64,000 nucleotides of DNA from Entomortierella parvispora E1425 (lineage: Eukaryota; Fungi; Mortierellomycota): the NCBI GenBank assembly GCA_020891255.1, contig BQFW01000001.1, positions 2,170,001 to 2,234,000 on the forward strand. Direction: 5' to 3'. Positions 24,479-36,300 of the stretch are shown one piece after another. The translations under genes and the position numbers were made by a program. Position 1 is the first letter of the stretch. Every line of letters starts with the position of its first letter. The notes beneath the pieces were generated by a model, which had not been told where the DNA came from, did no database searches, and saw only the letters and a program-made list of their open reading frames with translations.

Positions 24479-26824
24479 ATGACGGTCACGCATCGCAAAC
24501 GCACGGCCAATGACGCGGAAAAGGACATCGGTGAGTGGACCAGCGCAGTCTGGATGGCGGTGATGATGAATGTTACAATGTTTCAATGTCTCCAGGAACC
24601 AGGAGCGCAGCCTGCTTTATGATTTACATCATGATGGGGCTGCATTCCTGGTTGTTTGGAGAACATGATTGCCCTGCTTTGGTGGCAAATTTGGCCCTCC
24701 AGACTCTGTGTGCGGTGATATGAACCAAGCAAGCTCATGCAACATGTGACCCTGAAAATATTCTCGATAATAGCTGAGGCCGGAGTTAAATACCATTGCG
24801 ACCCATGCAGTCAAAACATCACGGATACAGTGCGGATAAGATGTGCGGTCTGTAGCGACTTTGACCTTTGTGTCAGCTGTTTTTGCAATGGAACCGAGCT
24901 CGGCAAACACAAAAACTGGCACGACTATCGAGTCATGGTAAGCCGACTATATGAAAGAAAAAGGATCTGGAGCTTCTTTTTTTTTTTTTTTTTTTTTTGC
25001 AAAATGTGATCTTGAATTAACATAGGGGCTATGCCTTTTCTGTAGGAACAACATTCATTCCCAATATTTGATAACGACTGGGGAGCTGATGAAGAGTTGC
25101 TGCTGATCGAGGGCGCAACCAACTTTGGTATCGGAAACTGGCAGGATATCGCAGATCATGTTGGTTCAAAATCAAGAGACGAGTGCGAGGCCCATTACCT
25201 TCAAGTCTATGTCAACAGCGAGACTTGGCCATTACCAGTGAGTGAAGAAACATTGAAGAACGTTGAGGCCACTTCGAATCTAGTAGTTGGCTCTAACCAC
25301 AATTGGCTTCTGAAATAGGATATGCACCGAGCCTTTGACATGGACCCTGAGGCAGTTTCTGCCCGTAAAAAGCAACGCCTGGCGATGCGTGTGAACAGAG
25401 TGCCAGGTACGTTCTAACTGTCCCCTATGATTAGTCTTGTGTGTTATGAAAAAACTACTAATGCTACCCCACTTCTTCAATATATAGCTCCTGCTAAAGC
25501 CCAAAAGGTAATTGATATTTATTTACCTTCATGAAGACTCACCAGAGAAAAAACATGTTTGTTAATGTAATCTTCCAAACGACCGCCAATTTTAGCCAAT
25601 GACCAGTCAACCTGCAAACCACGAGATTGCTGGATACATGCCTGGGCGTTTGGAGTTTGAAACAGAATACGAGAACGATGCGGAGCAGGCAGTGAAAGAT
25701 ATGGTCTTCAGTGAGGACGACCCACCAGAGGAAGTTGGTACGTAATGGAAGCAAAAGCGCTGCTCTCCATCAAATAATCAAATATGAGTTTCCTAACGTC
25801 TTTTCTTCAACACACCAGATCTCAAGCTGATGGTTCTGGAGATTTACAATGCTAAATTGTCCAAGAGACTGGAGCGGAGAAAGTTTGTGTTTGATCGAGG
25901 ATTTCTGGAGTATAAAAAGGTAACATCTCTTGTCCCCAAAATCAAATGGCACCTATGCTCCATTTGCATTGGCTTCATCATTAACACATTATTTACAAAC
26001 TTGTAGAACCAAATGATGGAGAAGAAGCGGTCATCACGGGAGCGAGATGTGATCAACAATGTGCGAGTATTTGCTCAACTTCAGACGCCAGAGGATCACG
26101 AGAAATTCGTGGATGGCTTGCTTAAAGAGATGCAGTTACGTGACAAGATCGCAGAGCTGCAAGAGTTCAGAGAGAATGGACTGACAGCTCTTGCAGCAGG
26201 TCAGGATTACCTTCGTGACAAAGCCAACAAGGTATGTTTTTCCGTTGCAAATAACCTACAAGCTTCTGTTGTAATGAATATTTCAATATCTCATTATAAT
26301 CCGCTTTCTTTATCTTTAGCACACGAGCCTTCGACATATCACCTCCAGAGATGGATCCTCACACGACCGTCGAAACGCCCGCCCACTTCCCCCACGAATG
26401 GCTGTTGATGAGGTATATATATATATTGGAGCTGCCTCAGTTGTTTGCCTGTGTCATACCAAGTGTCGTGTGGTTAACAAGATATGACTTTTTCCCTTCT
26501 CCTACCCAGGCGCCTTCTCCACGAGGTGCAGCAGCTAGCGGCAAAGGCGCGCCTGTGATTCGCAAGCCCGCTAACCCATTGAATATCCAGAACGCAGAAG
26601 GAATTCACTTGCTGACCGTTCCTGAGCAGGCTTTGTGCTCGACCCTTCGCATCTTCCCCAAATCATACATGATCATCAAGGAGCAACTGCTGAAGGAGCA
26701 CGCGCGTCTCGGGGGACTGAAGCGCCGACAAGCACGCGAGCTGATCAAAATTGACGTCAACAAAACTGGCAAGATCTACGATTTCTTTGTCGAGGCAGGG
26801 TGGATTCAAAACTCGGATGCTTAA
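24479..26824 (+). CDS. ADA2: SAGA/ADA transcriptional adapter 2 (ZZ zinc finger, SANT, SWIRM); about 10 exons including a 20-nt exon at 25488-25507
   Basis: MTVTHRKR start, ZZ finger YHCDPC...[31 protein letters not shown]...[29 protein letters not shown], and [18 protein letters not shown]. Confidence 0.95.
24589..24747 (+). ncRNA. Candidate intronic structured RNA (H/ACA snoRNA-like) in ADA2 intron 1
   Basis: A roughly 30-bp hairpin at 24589-24662, an ANANNA box (AGAACA 24660), a second foldable region and ACA at 24742. It lies in an oversized 243-nt intron. Confidence 0.45.
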
Positions 26825-27740
26825 AAGAGAGTTGTCCGCAATGCTCTCTGATGAAGGAATCATTCCCCATATTGGAGGAGCTATGGAACAGTTCAGACCA
26901 AACAGTGTATTTTTCTTTGTATTTTATTAAAGGCTACCTTGCATGTCCTTGTTCAAATTTGAAGGGATAGAGAGTTGTAAAAATGGAAGAGGGCGAAAGA
27001 CCAAGGTTAATACCTTTCCCCTTTCTCACCGAGAGTGTACTTCCAGGTTTCAAAGCGGTACGATGCACAAGAAATGAACAGAAATCATTTTCACAAGGAA
27101 GCCAAGGTCGTACAACAACGGCGAAGGCACAAAAAGGGCATGGTTGATTTTGACAGAACAAAAAATTAGTTAGCAATGACCTTGGAGGTCTAGAGCTGCC
27201 TGCGAAAGCCGCCAGACTCTGTTGACTTTTTTTTTACCCTTTATCGGCCCCACTCCCAGGCCCCAGGCACTCCACACTGGCAGGAATTAGGGTTGGCCCG
27301 ACGCAACCCTCCACACACAGGTCTCTCCCGTATTTTTGAGCACTGAGTCGTGCCAACTTTGTTGGATCCCAAAAGAGATGTCCATCCGCTTGTTGCAGCA
27401 AACGAGGCGAGGCGAGTGGTGAGCCAGAGCCAGAATGCTCTCGAGAGCACTCCATCTAACTGTCCCTCCACTTTGGCAGGTGCACGCTAAAGCGATAATT
27501 CGTCGACGGATGCTCACTCCCCTGTGTGTTCCCCTGTGCAATTGAGCTGGCTGGGTCCACCCCAACAACCAGTCAAGGCCGTTCATCCCTCCACAGGGGT
27601 CGACCTCAAGGACATTTGTGCTTACTCACTTCGTCTCTTCTTCTTCTCTCCTTGTTCGAGTTGTCCTTTCGTACCCCCCTTCCTCTTTCTTCCCCTACTC
27701 CTCCACTCCATCCCTCGGTACTCATCCATTCCTCATCTCC

Positions 27741-30700
27741 ATGACTCCGGCGCCAACCAAGGGCAAGAGATCAGCTACCGTCTCAGCCATGCAGCCATCA
27801 GTCTACCCTCCACCATCTGGTCCCCCACCCCAGCTCCCGCAAGGTCATCCATCTCAACATGGCCAGTTTCATGCCGGGCTTGCATTCCAACCGCAGTCGT
27901 ACCAGCAATACCCTTCTCAGCAAGAGTACCACCATAATCCGTATCAGCAGCAGCAGCAGGGATACCCAGTGTCGGTGTCGTACCAGCAAGACACGCGCGG
28001 TTCATTTGTTCCTGAATCAACAGCAGCTCACACACCACCGCCCGCGTCGACAGGACCCTTGAGACCCTCGTCAGCGGAGAGACAGGACAGTTGGTCGGAC
28101 AATGGCTGGCGCGCGATCTTTGATGCGGCGCTGGTGAAGGCTCAGCAAGCGGTCCAGTTGGACGAACTCGGTGAGAGCAGCATGGCCTCAAGTCTGTACC
28201 AACAGGCCGCTAACGATTTGGGCCGGGTCATCCCTATGTGTGGGAGCGATAAGAAGAAGCAGTCGATGCTTGCCATTGTAAGTGCCCCTGTCTTGTTAGT
28301 TCACCTTTGATGAATCTGACTCCGGCAATGAGTACCCGACGCACAAAAAAAAAGAAAAAAATGAACGTCCGCCAGTTCGATGTGGAGAAATATGATAGCA
28401 GGGGTGCGGGGTTCAACTGGTGCGAAGAGAACGAACTGACCATGGATTGCTCTCTATGCTCATCCTACCCACAGCAAGCGATCTACCTCGACCGAGTCTT
28501 ACAACTAAAGAACCCTCAGCCCAAGACGAGCCAGGCTACTGCTGCCCCTGCCCCGGCTCCCGCGCCATCCCGCATCCAGCCTGTGCCCCAGGCACTCCCT
28601 GCACCCATCCCAACACCAACGCAATCGAATGGACGTGGAATAGCTTCTTATGGACTGGAGGATGATGACGAATATGTATCCCAAACGTACCAGCCTCAGG
28701 ATGATTACCTACTCGATCAATATCAGCTTTACAATGTGACTCAATTCCAACACCAGCACCAACAGCAACAGCAACAACCACAAGTGGACATGGATCGAGG
28801 ATCAATGATCATAGGCAAGAAGCGCTCAAAGACCCAGCCCTCTGCCCCTCATCCCCCAGAATTCCTCCAGCAACCTATGGCTGTCGCCTACAATGGATTC
28901 GATGACCCATCCTATGGTGACTACAGTTCTGCCCCTTTCAACGGTGCCACAACCACCACGCCCAGCCCCACTCCTCCAACTGTTGCAGTATCATCCATCT
29001 TCAAGGCAGATGCAAAAGCAGATCAGGAAGCATCGAAGTCGTCCAGTTCGCGTTGGAAACCCTTTGGAAAGAAAAAGTCAAAATCGTTCTCTCATAGTGA
29101 ACCGCAGCCTTCAGGTCCATATGTACCTCCGAATGACTATGAGGTTCCAGTCCCTGTGTTCCCGAGCTCGACCCTGCCTCTCGATCCCATGCAAGGGACC
29201 ATGAACGGCGGAGTCCCTAACCACCTTGGGATGGGTTCAAATAACCACAACGGCTCTTATAACTCGCAACATGCTGGCTGGTTTATGGGCGAATCAGAGA
29301 GTCCGATGCCAGACGACAACGGACTCAGTGAAAACAAGTACGGCCAATACATAGGTGACGAGGACGAAGATGTGGATCCTTACTATATTGCGGATACCAA
29401 GGGTCGAGCACATGCATTTGAGGGCAAGGTAGTGGTGCTTCTTTGTTTTCTTTGAATTGGATCAGATTCCATTTTTCTATCTCGCCTAACGTTCTTATTT
29501 TTGGACCATTGAACAACCGTAGAACGACGCCAAACCAAAGCCTGCTCCACCAAAGGAAGTTGCGGTGGCTCCATTGCGGATCAAGCCCACTACCCAACAC
29601 ACAGGCGCTTCTTTCGCCTCTGACAAGCCTTTCACTCCTACATTCTCACCGAACGATTTCGGACTACAACATGATCCCGGTCAGGCCTTTGAGTATTCTC
29701 AAGAGCAAGTCCAGGGGGCTTACTATACACAAGAGCCGATAGACATGCGATCGGATGACCAAGGATATGCCGCCCGCCACCAAAACGAGGCCAGTCTTGA
29801 ATATTATCAGCATCAGCATCTTCAACAGAGACAGCAACAATTACATGAACAACAGCAACATCTTCAGCAGCAGCTTCAGCAAAATCAATCATATGATCAA
29901 CAGCAACAGCAACAGCTTCAGCAAAATCAATCATATGAACAACAGCAACAACAACAGCAGCAGCAGCAACAACAGCCTCAACAGAATGGCTCTACGCCTG
30001 GGAGAGATCTGGAAATGATGCTATCAATTACGTCTACGCCAGGGATCGTCTCTGACATTGTGGTGGAGACCGAACAAGGGCAGGGGTCAATGGAGCAGGA
30101 TGAATCGAGATCAAAACGGGGTTGGTTCGGGAAAAAGAAGAAAAAGGAACCTATGCCGGCACCTGTGGATAAGCTAGATGATGTGGCCAAATTAATGGAC
30201 GAGGCACTATTCGGAGGTACGACACCTTCATCCTCTAGTCGAAAGAACAAGGATAAAGGCAAAGAAGTCAAGGAGACTCCTGCACCCGTGGCAACTGAGA
30301 TTCAGGGGGTGTCCGCACCTACAACCGCAGGGCCCTTTATTGCTCCTCGCAAGGACTCCCTAGTCGAATATGAAGCACGGTTGTCGTACACTGGAGGGCA
30401 TGGTTCCAATTTCGACACTGGTTATAGAGAGAACCATCGCCACGGATCATATGTCACGGAGAAGACGGGCCTACCTTCCATGGCTCCTATCCAAGGGACT
30501 CACATCCCCCAGTCCGAGTTTTTGCTATCCAGTACAGCCGATCTTGTGTCTGCGCCTCTCGCACTGCCTTCCATCGCGCCATTGGCATACGCCCCAAGGA
30601 CAACATATATACCCTCTCCCAAGAAACAACCATCTCAGGTCAGAGAAGTCGTGTCCACACCCATGGTGCTTCCTTCCGACCTGCCCGACTCTAATCCTGA

Positions 30701-32942
30701 ATCTGCAGGACCGCAAGGATCAGACACATTGGTATCTGAACCTCTTTCAGCAGCCACAGATCCTCCCAAGAAATCCAAGAACAATCCCTTTAGCTTGTTC
30801 AAGAGCAAGAAAAGTAGCAGCAGCAAGCTTAGTCTTGAGGATCCTGGCACACCCCTATCTCCAACATTCAACTCGTTTGGGGACGATGCGCGGTCGATGC
30901 ATAGCGACAAAAAGAGCTCGATCCATAGCAATGATCGACGTGCAACGGCTGATCCCGTGCCTGCCTTGAAGGATACCAAGAAGAAACGCGAGAGCGACGA
31001 GTACGTTCCATATGAGTATCAGGAAGAGTTGGAAGGACCTTTAATGGAGAGAGTAGAGGTGCCCGAGAACAGAGATGTTATTGGCTTTGTCATGGTAAGA
31101 AGAGGCGCAATGTTCATTGCCAATACTATGAAGTTTGTCAGTCTTTGTTACTAACCTACCTTTGACTTGTCCACCTAATAGCCCGTTGAGGAGATTATTG
31201 ATTATACTGCTGAAGGCAACGAAGAAGCTGCGCTTGATAACTGGGACTCTTGGGTGAGCCAGCTCGAGTCCTTCGAAAAGGTGCTGTCAGATAAGGGTAT
31301 GAAGAAGGATAAAGGCAAGAAGTCAAAGAAGTCAAAGAAGGACAAAGAAAAGGAAAAACAGGAGGCTCAGGCTGCGGCTGCCGCCGCTGCCGCCACTAGT
31401 ACGAACTCGCCATCCTCGTCGCCTCTCAGCTCTTTGAAGACAAACCGATCCAGTATCTTCAGCAGTAGTACTGGCCGCCCAAGTACTAGCACCGCTTACG
31501 ACGACGACTTACATCGCCGCCAATCAACTGCTTCTCAAGGGGATGACGGGACCTCGCTTTCCCACCGTCATTCTTTCCAATCTTCGAGATCCACTGTCAT
31601 TCTCGGCGGAGAGCAAGTGCAGGTTCTGCAAGCCAAGAAGAGGTGGTGGAATCCAAAGCGCAAGGAGACCACTTCCATGTATAGCGTGTCGGATGCGTTC
31701 TCAGTGTCAGAGATGGATCAGGAGCGCTATCTGTCGAGTCTGTTGCAAAATAATCAGGATCAGCAGCGCCAGGTCCCTGGAGATTTGAGTCTGACGATAA
31801 GTGCATATCCGCCAGCGGCCGACACTGAACGAGAGGAGGCGTTGGCGGCCCTAATGGAAAATAGTAAGACAATCATGTCCTTGCCAATCCCAACAGCCTT
31901 GTCACCAACTTCTCCGACAGCGGGTGACAAGGAAATCCAATCCACCCCTCTTGTTAGTGCGGTAGACTCCAACGAAGTATCTTCAGCAGCGACAGCCACT
32001 CCCGAGCCAACTCTTGCCTCTGACTCTGCAAAGCCACCAGCTGCTACTATTGCGCCAGAACCTCACGCGACACCAGTCGCTACAGCCGCACCCAAGGTCA
32101 AGTCAGCCAAGAGCAACAAACCCAAGCTTCTCCCGATTTCGACACCTTTGGCCCAGATTCTGGAAATTTCCATCCCTGAGGAGCTGTGGCAATATGTTCA
32201 ACAGGCTAAGACGTATGCCGCCACGAGGATGAACAAGGGCGACAAGCGATCTGCAGCAATTGCACTCAAGAGAGCACAGGCACTTGAAGCTCGCTGGCAG
32301 GAGATTCTACTGGAGATGGCATCCAGTGACGAGGAAGATGATGAACTCTTGGATGACGATGACGATGAAGATGAAGATGAGGATGACTCTGATGAGGAAG
32401 ACGCTCCAGCACCTGTGGCTATTCCATCCAAGGCGCCAACTGTATCACCTGCTGTCGCCCCTGCCCCTGCCCCAGCCGCAGCCAGCTCTGCAGTGCCAGC
32501 TCCTACTGCAGTTGCTGTGGAGAGTGACGGTGAGGATGAGAACCGTAATCGAATTCTTCGACCGCCTACCAGTCGAAGTGACAGTGCACCGGACATGTAC
32601 TCCAAGTACAAGGTCAGCAATAAGCCACCCCAGACTCTCAAAGATGAGCCAAGCCTAGCAGAGGAGCCTGAGGAAGCAAGCAAGGATGATTGTGGTGAAA
32701 CAGAGGAAGACGGTCGGTTGGGTCCAGACGCAACCCTGGAGGAGATGCTGGCCTCGACCAATAAGGATCACCTCCAGTTTTATATTCAGCGATTGAAGAC
32801 GGACACTGTAGCCAAGGCTCGAAAGGGAAGCAAGTTTGCTGCACTGGAGGGCATGAAGAACGTCAAGATCCTGCAGCAACGTTTGATTGAGCTGGAGGAA
32901 AAGGAGGAGGAAGAGGAAGAGGAAGGCGCAGCTGCATCATAG
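27741..32942 (+). CDS. Large, mostly disordered protein (about 1600 aa) with an N-terminal MIT domain and two C-terminal helical hairpins; 4 exons
   Basis: MIT-like ALVKAQQAVQLDELGE...LYQQAANDL...AI|QAIYLDRVLQLK spans intron 1. Exons 27741-28278, about 28474-29428, about 29523-31093 and about 31182-32942 join in frame. Confidence 0.8.
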
Positions 32943-33290
32943 AGTCCACTATAGATTATGACTAGATTTAAACAATAGAAAGGTCCACACGCTTCCTTCT
33001 TTCTGACGGTATACAGACCGCCCTAGCTTGGGCCGATAAATGACGGTGAGAAGAGTAGAGTAAAAGCGAAAAAGAGTGAGGGTGAGGGTGAGAGCGAGAA
33101 CAAGGAGAATATGAAAGAGACGCCAGGCTCCGAGGTCGTTGTTCCATGCGACATGCGGAGGAACAAAAGCGGGCCCGCTTAAGGGTGCACAGCGGCAGAA
33201 GGACAAGATGACCCTGGGATGGCACATCCACATCATTTGCTCCTTTCTTTGTTCACCCCACACCCCTACCCTCCGACCTACCGCAGCTAG

Positions 33291-33324
33291 CCCCTTCCCT
33301 TCCCTTCCCTTCCCTTCCCTTCCC
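33291..33324. repeat. (CCCTT)n pentamer tract upstream of XRN1
   Basis: About six tandem CCCTT units in a pyrimidine-rich promoter or 5' UTR. Confidence 0.8.
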
Positions 33325-33386
33325 TCCCGCCCCGACCTCCCCTTCTCCCCCAAAACCAACCCCCCTCAAGACCTTAGACCACCGTC

Positions 33387-36300
33387 ATGGGAGTGCCTAA
33401 ATTCTTCCGCTGGATGGGGTAATTCATAATTCATGCTAACAACGCGCGTCCCTGCGGCTCATCACTCATGCGGACGCGAATGAGGACAGACATGCAGTGC
33501 TCACTTTCTTGATTGATTCGAGCCTTTTGCTGCCTAACCTAACCCAGGAACATTGCTCTTGCTGTCGAATAGAGAGAGATATCCCCTGTGCTCGCAGTTG
33601 ATTACCGAGAATGCCATCCCCGAGTTTGGTAATTGACTGGCATACAATGCCCACTCTACCTTTGTTGGCAAAGCAAGAACTGCCACCAGATCGCATCGTG
33701 GATCTAACCTCTCTCTTGTTATTTCCCTTGCAGATAACCTCTACCTGGATATGAACGGCATCATCCACAACTGCTCACTACCCAACGACACTGACGCTCA
33801 TTTCCGTCTGTCTGAGGATAAGATCTTTCTCGCCATCTTCAATTATATCGATCATTTGTTCTTGAAGATCAGGCCACAAAAGGTCTTTTTTATGGCCGTC
33901 GATGGTAAGTTCGGGTTGTCCCAAGAGTTTTTTGATCTTTCGGTCTTCACCCATGTTTGAGTCTGTGCTTTGAAAAAAAAAAAAGAAAAAAAAAAAGAAA
34001 GAAAAAGGCACAAATTGAAGGCGCAGCTCCGAGGGTTTGCAAAACGTCCATTTTGTGTCTCTGCGGCAGGTGACTCATGACATACTAACGTCTTTTTTTA
34101 TTAAAAAACTAATAGGTGTCGCACCTCGAGCCAAGATGAACCAGCAGCGATCCCGTCGTTTCCGTACTGCCAAGGATGCAGAGGATGCAAAGAAGAAGGC
34201 GATCGCAAAAGGAGAGGAGTTGCCAGAAACGGAACAATTTGACCGAAACTGCATCACTCCAGGTACGTGCACTGCTCCAGGCATAGAACTATTGATAATC
34301 GATTGACATTGGACCTTTGATCTAACAGGTATGTTCCCTTTTTGACTAAAAATGGCAATCTAGGAACGCCATTCATGAAGCGACTGTCTGCCCAACTGGA
34401 GTACTTTATCTCCAAGAAGGTGACAGAGGACGCCAACTGGCGCAATGTCAAAGTTGTTCTCTCGGGACATGAAGTTCCCGGCGAGGGAGAGCACAAAATC
34501 ATGGAGTATATTCGCCTCTCGAAAGCACAGGAGGATTATAACCCCAACACTCGACATTGTCTCTACGGTCTTGATGCCGACTTGATCATGTTGGGTCTTC
34601 TGAGTCACGAACCTCATTTTGCACTCTTGCGTGAAGAAGTCACCTTTGGCAAGACCAACAAGAAGAAGGGGTAAAGCGACCGGAAGGCAAAAGTAGCAGG
34701 ATTAGCACAAATGGATTTGTGAATACGTGGATTTGAAAGTATTAACCATGGACATTCTCTATTTCACAAATAGGAGCATCGACACACAAAACTTTTTCTT
34801 GATGCACCTCTCACTACTGAGAGAATACTTGGACCTGGAATTTAATACTCTGGAGGAAACATTACCTTTCCCTTACGACCTAGAGCGTGTCATTGACGAC
34901 TTTGTGCTCATGTGTTTGTTCGTTGGAAACGATTTCCTGCCCCATTTGCCCAATCTTCACATTGCAGAGGGAGCCCTGAGTCTGTTGTTCAAAATTTACA
35001 AGGATCTGCTTCCAAAGTTGGGAGGCTACTTCCAAGATTCGGGTGTTCTGGACCCAAAACGTGTCGAGGCAATGTTCCACGAGTTGGCAGAAGTAGTAGA
35101 ACATGAGGCTTTTGAGTCCGAATGCGACGACCTCAAGTACATTGGAGGCAAGATGGCCGAGCTTATTATCGTACCAAGCTCAGGACAGAACCGTAACGGC
35201 CGTCCACGTCAAGGAATGCGCATGGGCAAGCCCATCGAAAGCGCAAACGAGCAAGGTAAACATGTTCATTGAATCTACAAACGCTGTGCGGGAGGGAGGG
35301 GGTTATATGCAATACTAACATTTGTTATTTCCTGACTTGTACAGTTATGACACGGAGGCAAAAGGATCTGTACGACCAGATCAAGGAGTTTGTTTTGGAA
35401 AGACGGGACGTTCTACACTTCCCTCCAACGCTCAACTCCACAGACAGAAACTTCGTAAAGAGGATTACCTCTGCGATTGAAGTCCGTCATGGCACCGAGA
35501 CCGCCCCCGACGGCGAAAAGCATCTCTTCATTGAGTTTGATGAAGAAGAAGACGAGGAGGACATTGAGTCCCAGGAGGCACGCGCGCGTGTCCTTCGTAA
35601 GTTCGATCAGGCCGAAGTTATCGAGGATGTGATCGAGAACGAGAAACTTCGCAACGAAAAGGCCAAGAATGTGTATGAGGATCGCTTGCAACAGTGGAAG
35701 GCTAGATATTATTCAGAAAAGCCTGAGCTCGAGACGCCTGCCGAAATCCGTCAGATGGTCTTCAAGTATATCGAGGGACTGCAGTGGGTCCTTCACTACT
35801 ACTACAAAGGTGTCGCCTCCTGGGGTTGGTTCTATCCTTACCACTACGCACCCAAGATCTCCGGTAATTTAACAGTCGTATCAGCTCAAAGCACTCGATG
35901 GAATGTGGCTTGAGACTAATTTTTTCTCTCCCTTTAGACCTTGTGAACCTGGAAGAATTCCACCTTCCTTTCGAATTGGGAACCCCCTTCAAGCCCTATG
36001 AGCAGCTTATGGGAGTGCTGCCCGAGGCCAGTAAACAACACATCCCTCGCGCGTACTGGGTAAGATGACTTTTCTTCATAACGATCTGTATTATGACAAG
36101 GAAAACTTCAGCTAACGACGTCATTTTTTACGTTTCATTAGGATCTGATTATCAAAGAAACATCCCCTATCAAGGACTTTTACCCCAATGACTTTGAGCT
36201 GGACATGAACGGCAAGAAACAGGATTGGGAGGCTATTGTCAAGATTCCTTTCATTGATCAGGACAGACTCTTGAAGGCTATGAAGAGTATGTGTCTTTTT

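Noticed and set aside
24613-24640. SECIS element in the ADA2 intron hairpin (ATGA...GA)
   Set aside because: The helix between ATGA and GA is far too short, there is no apical AA, and the location is intronic.
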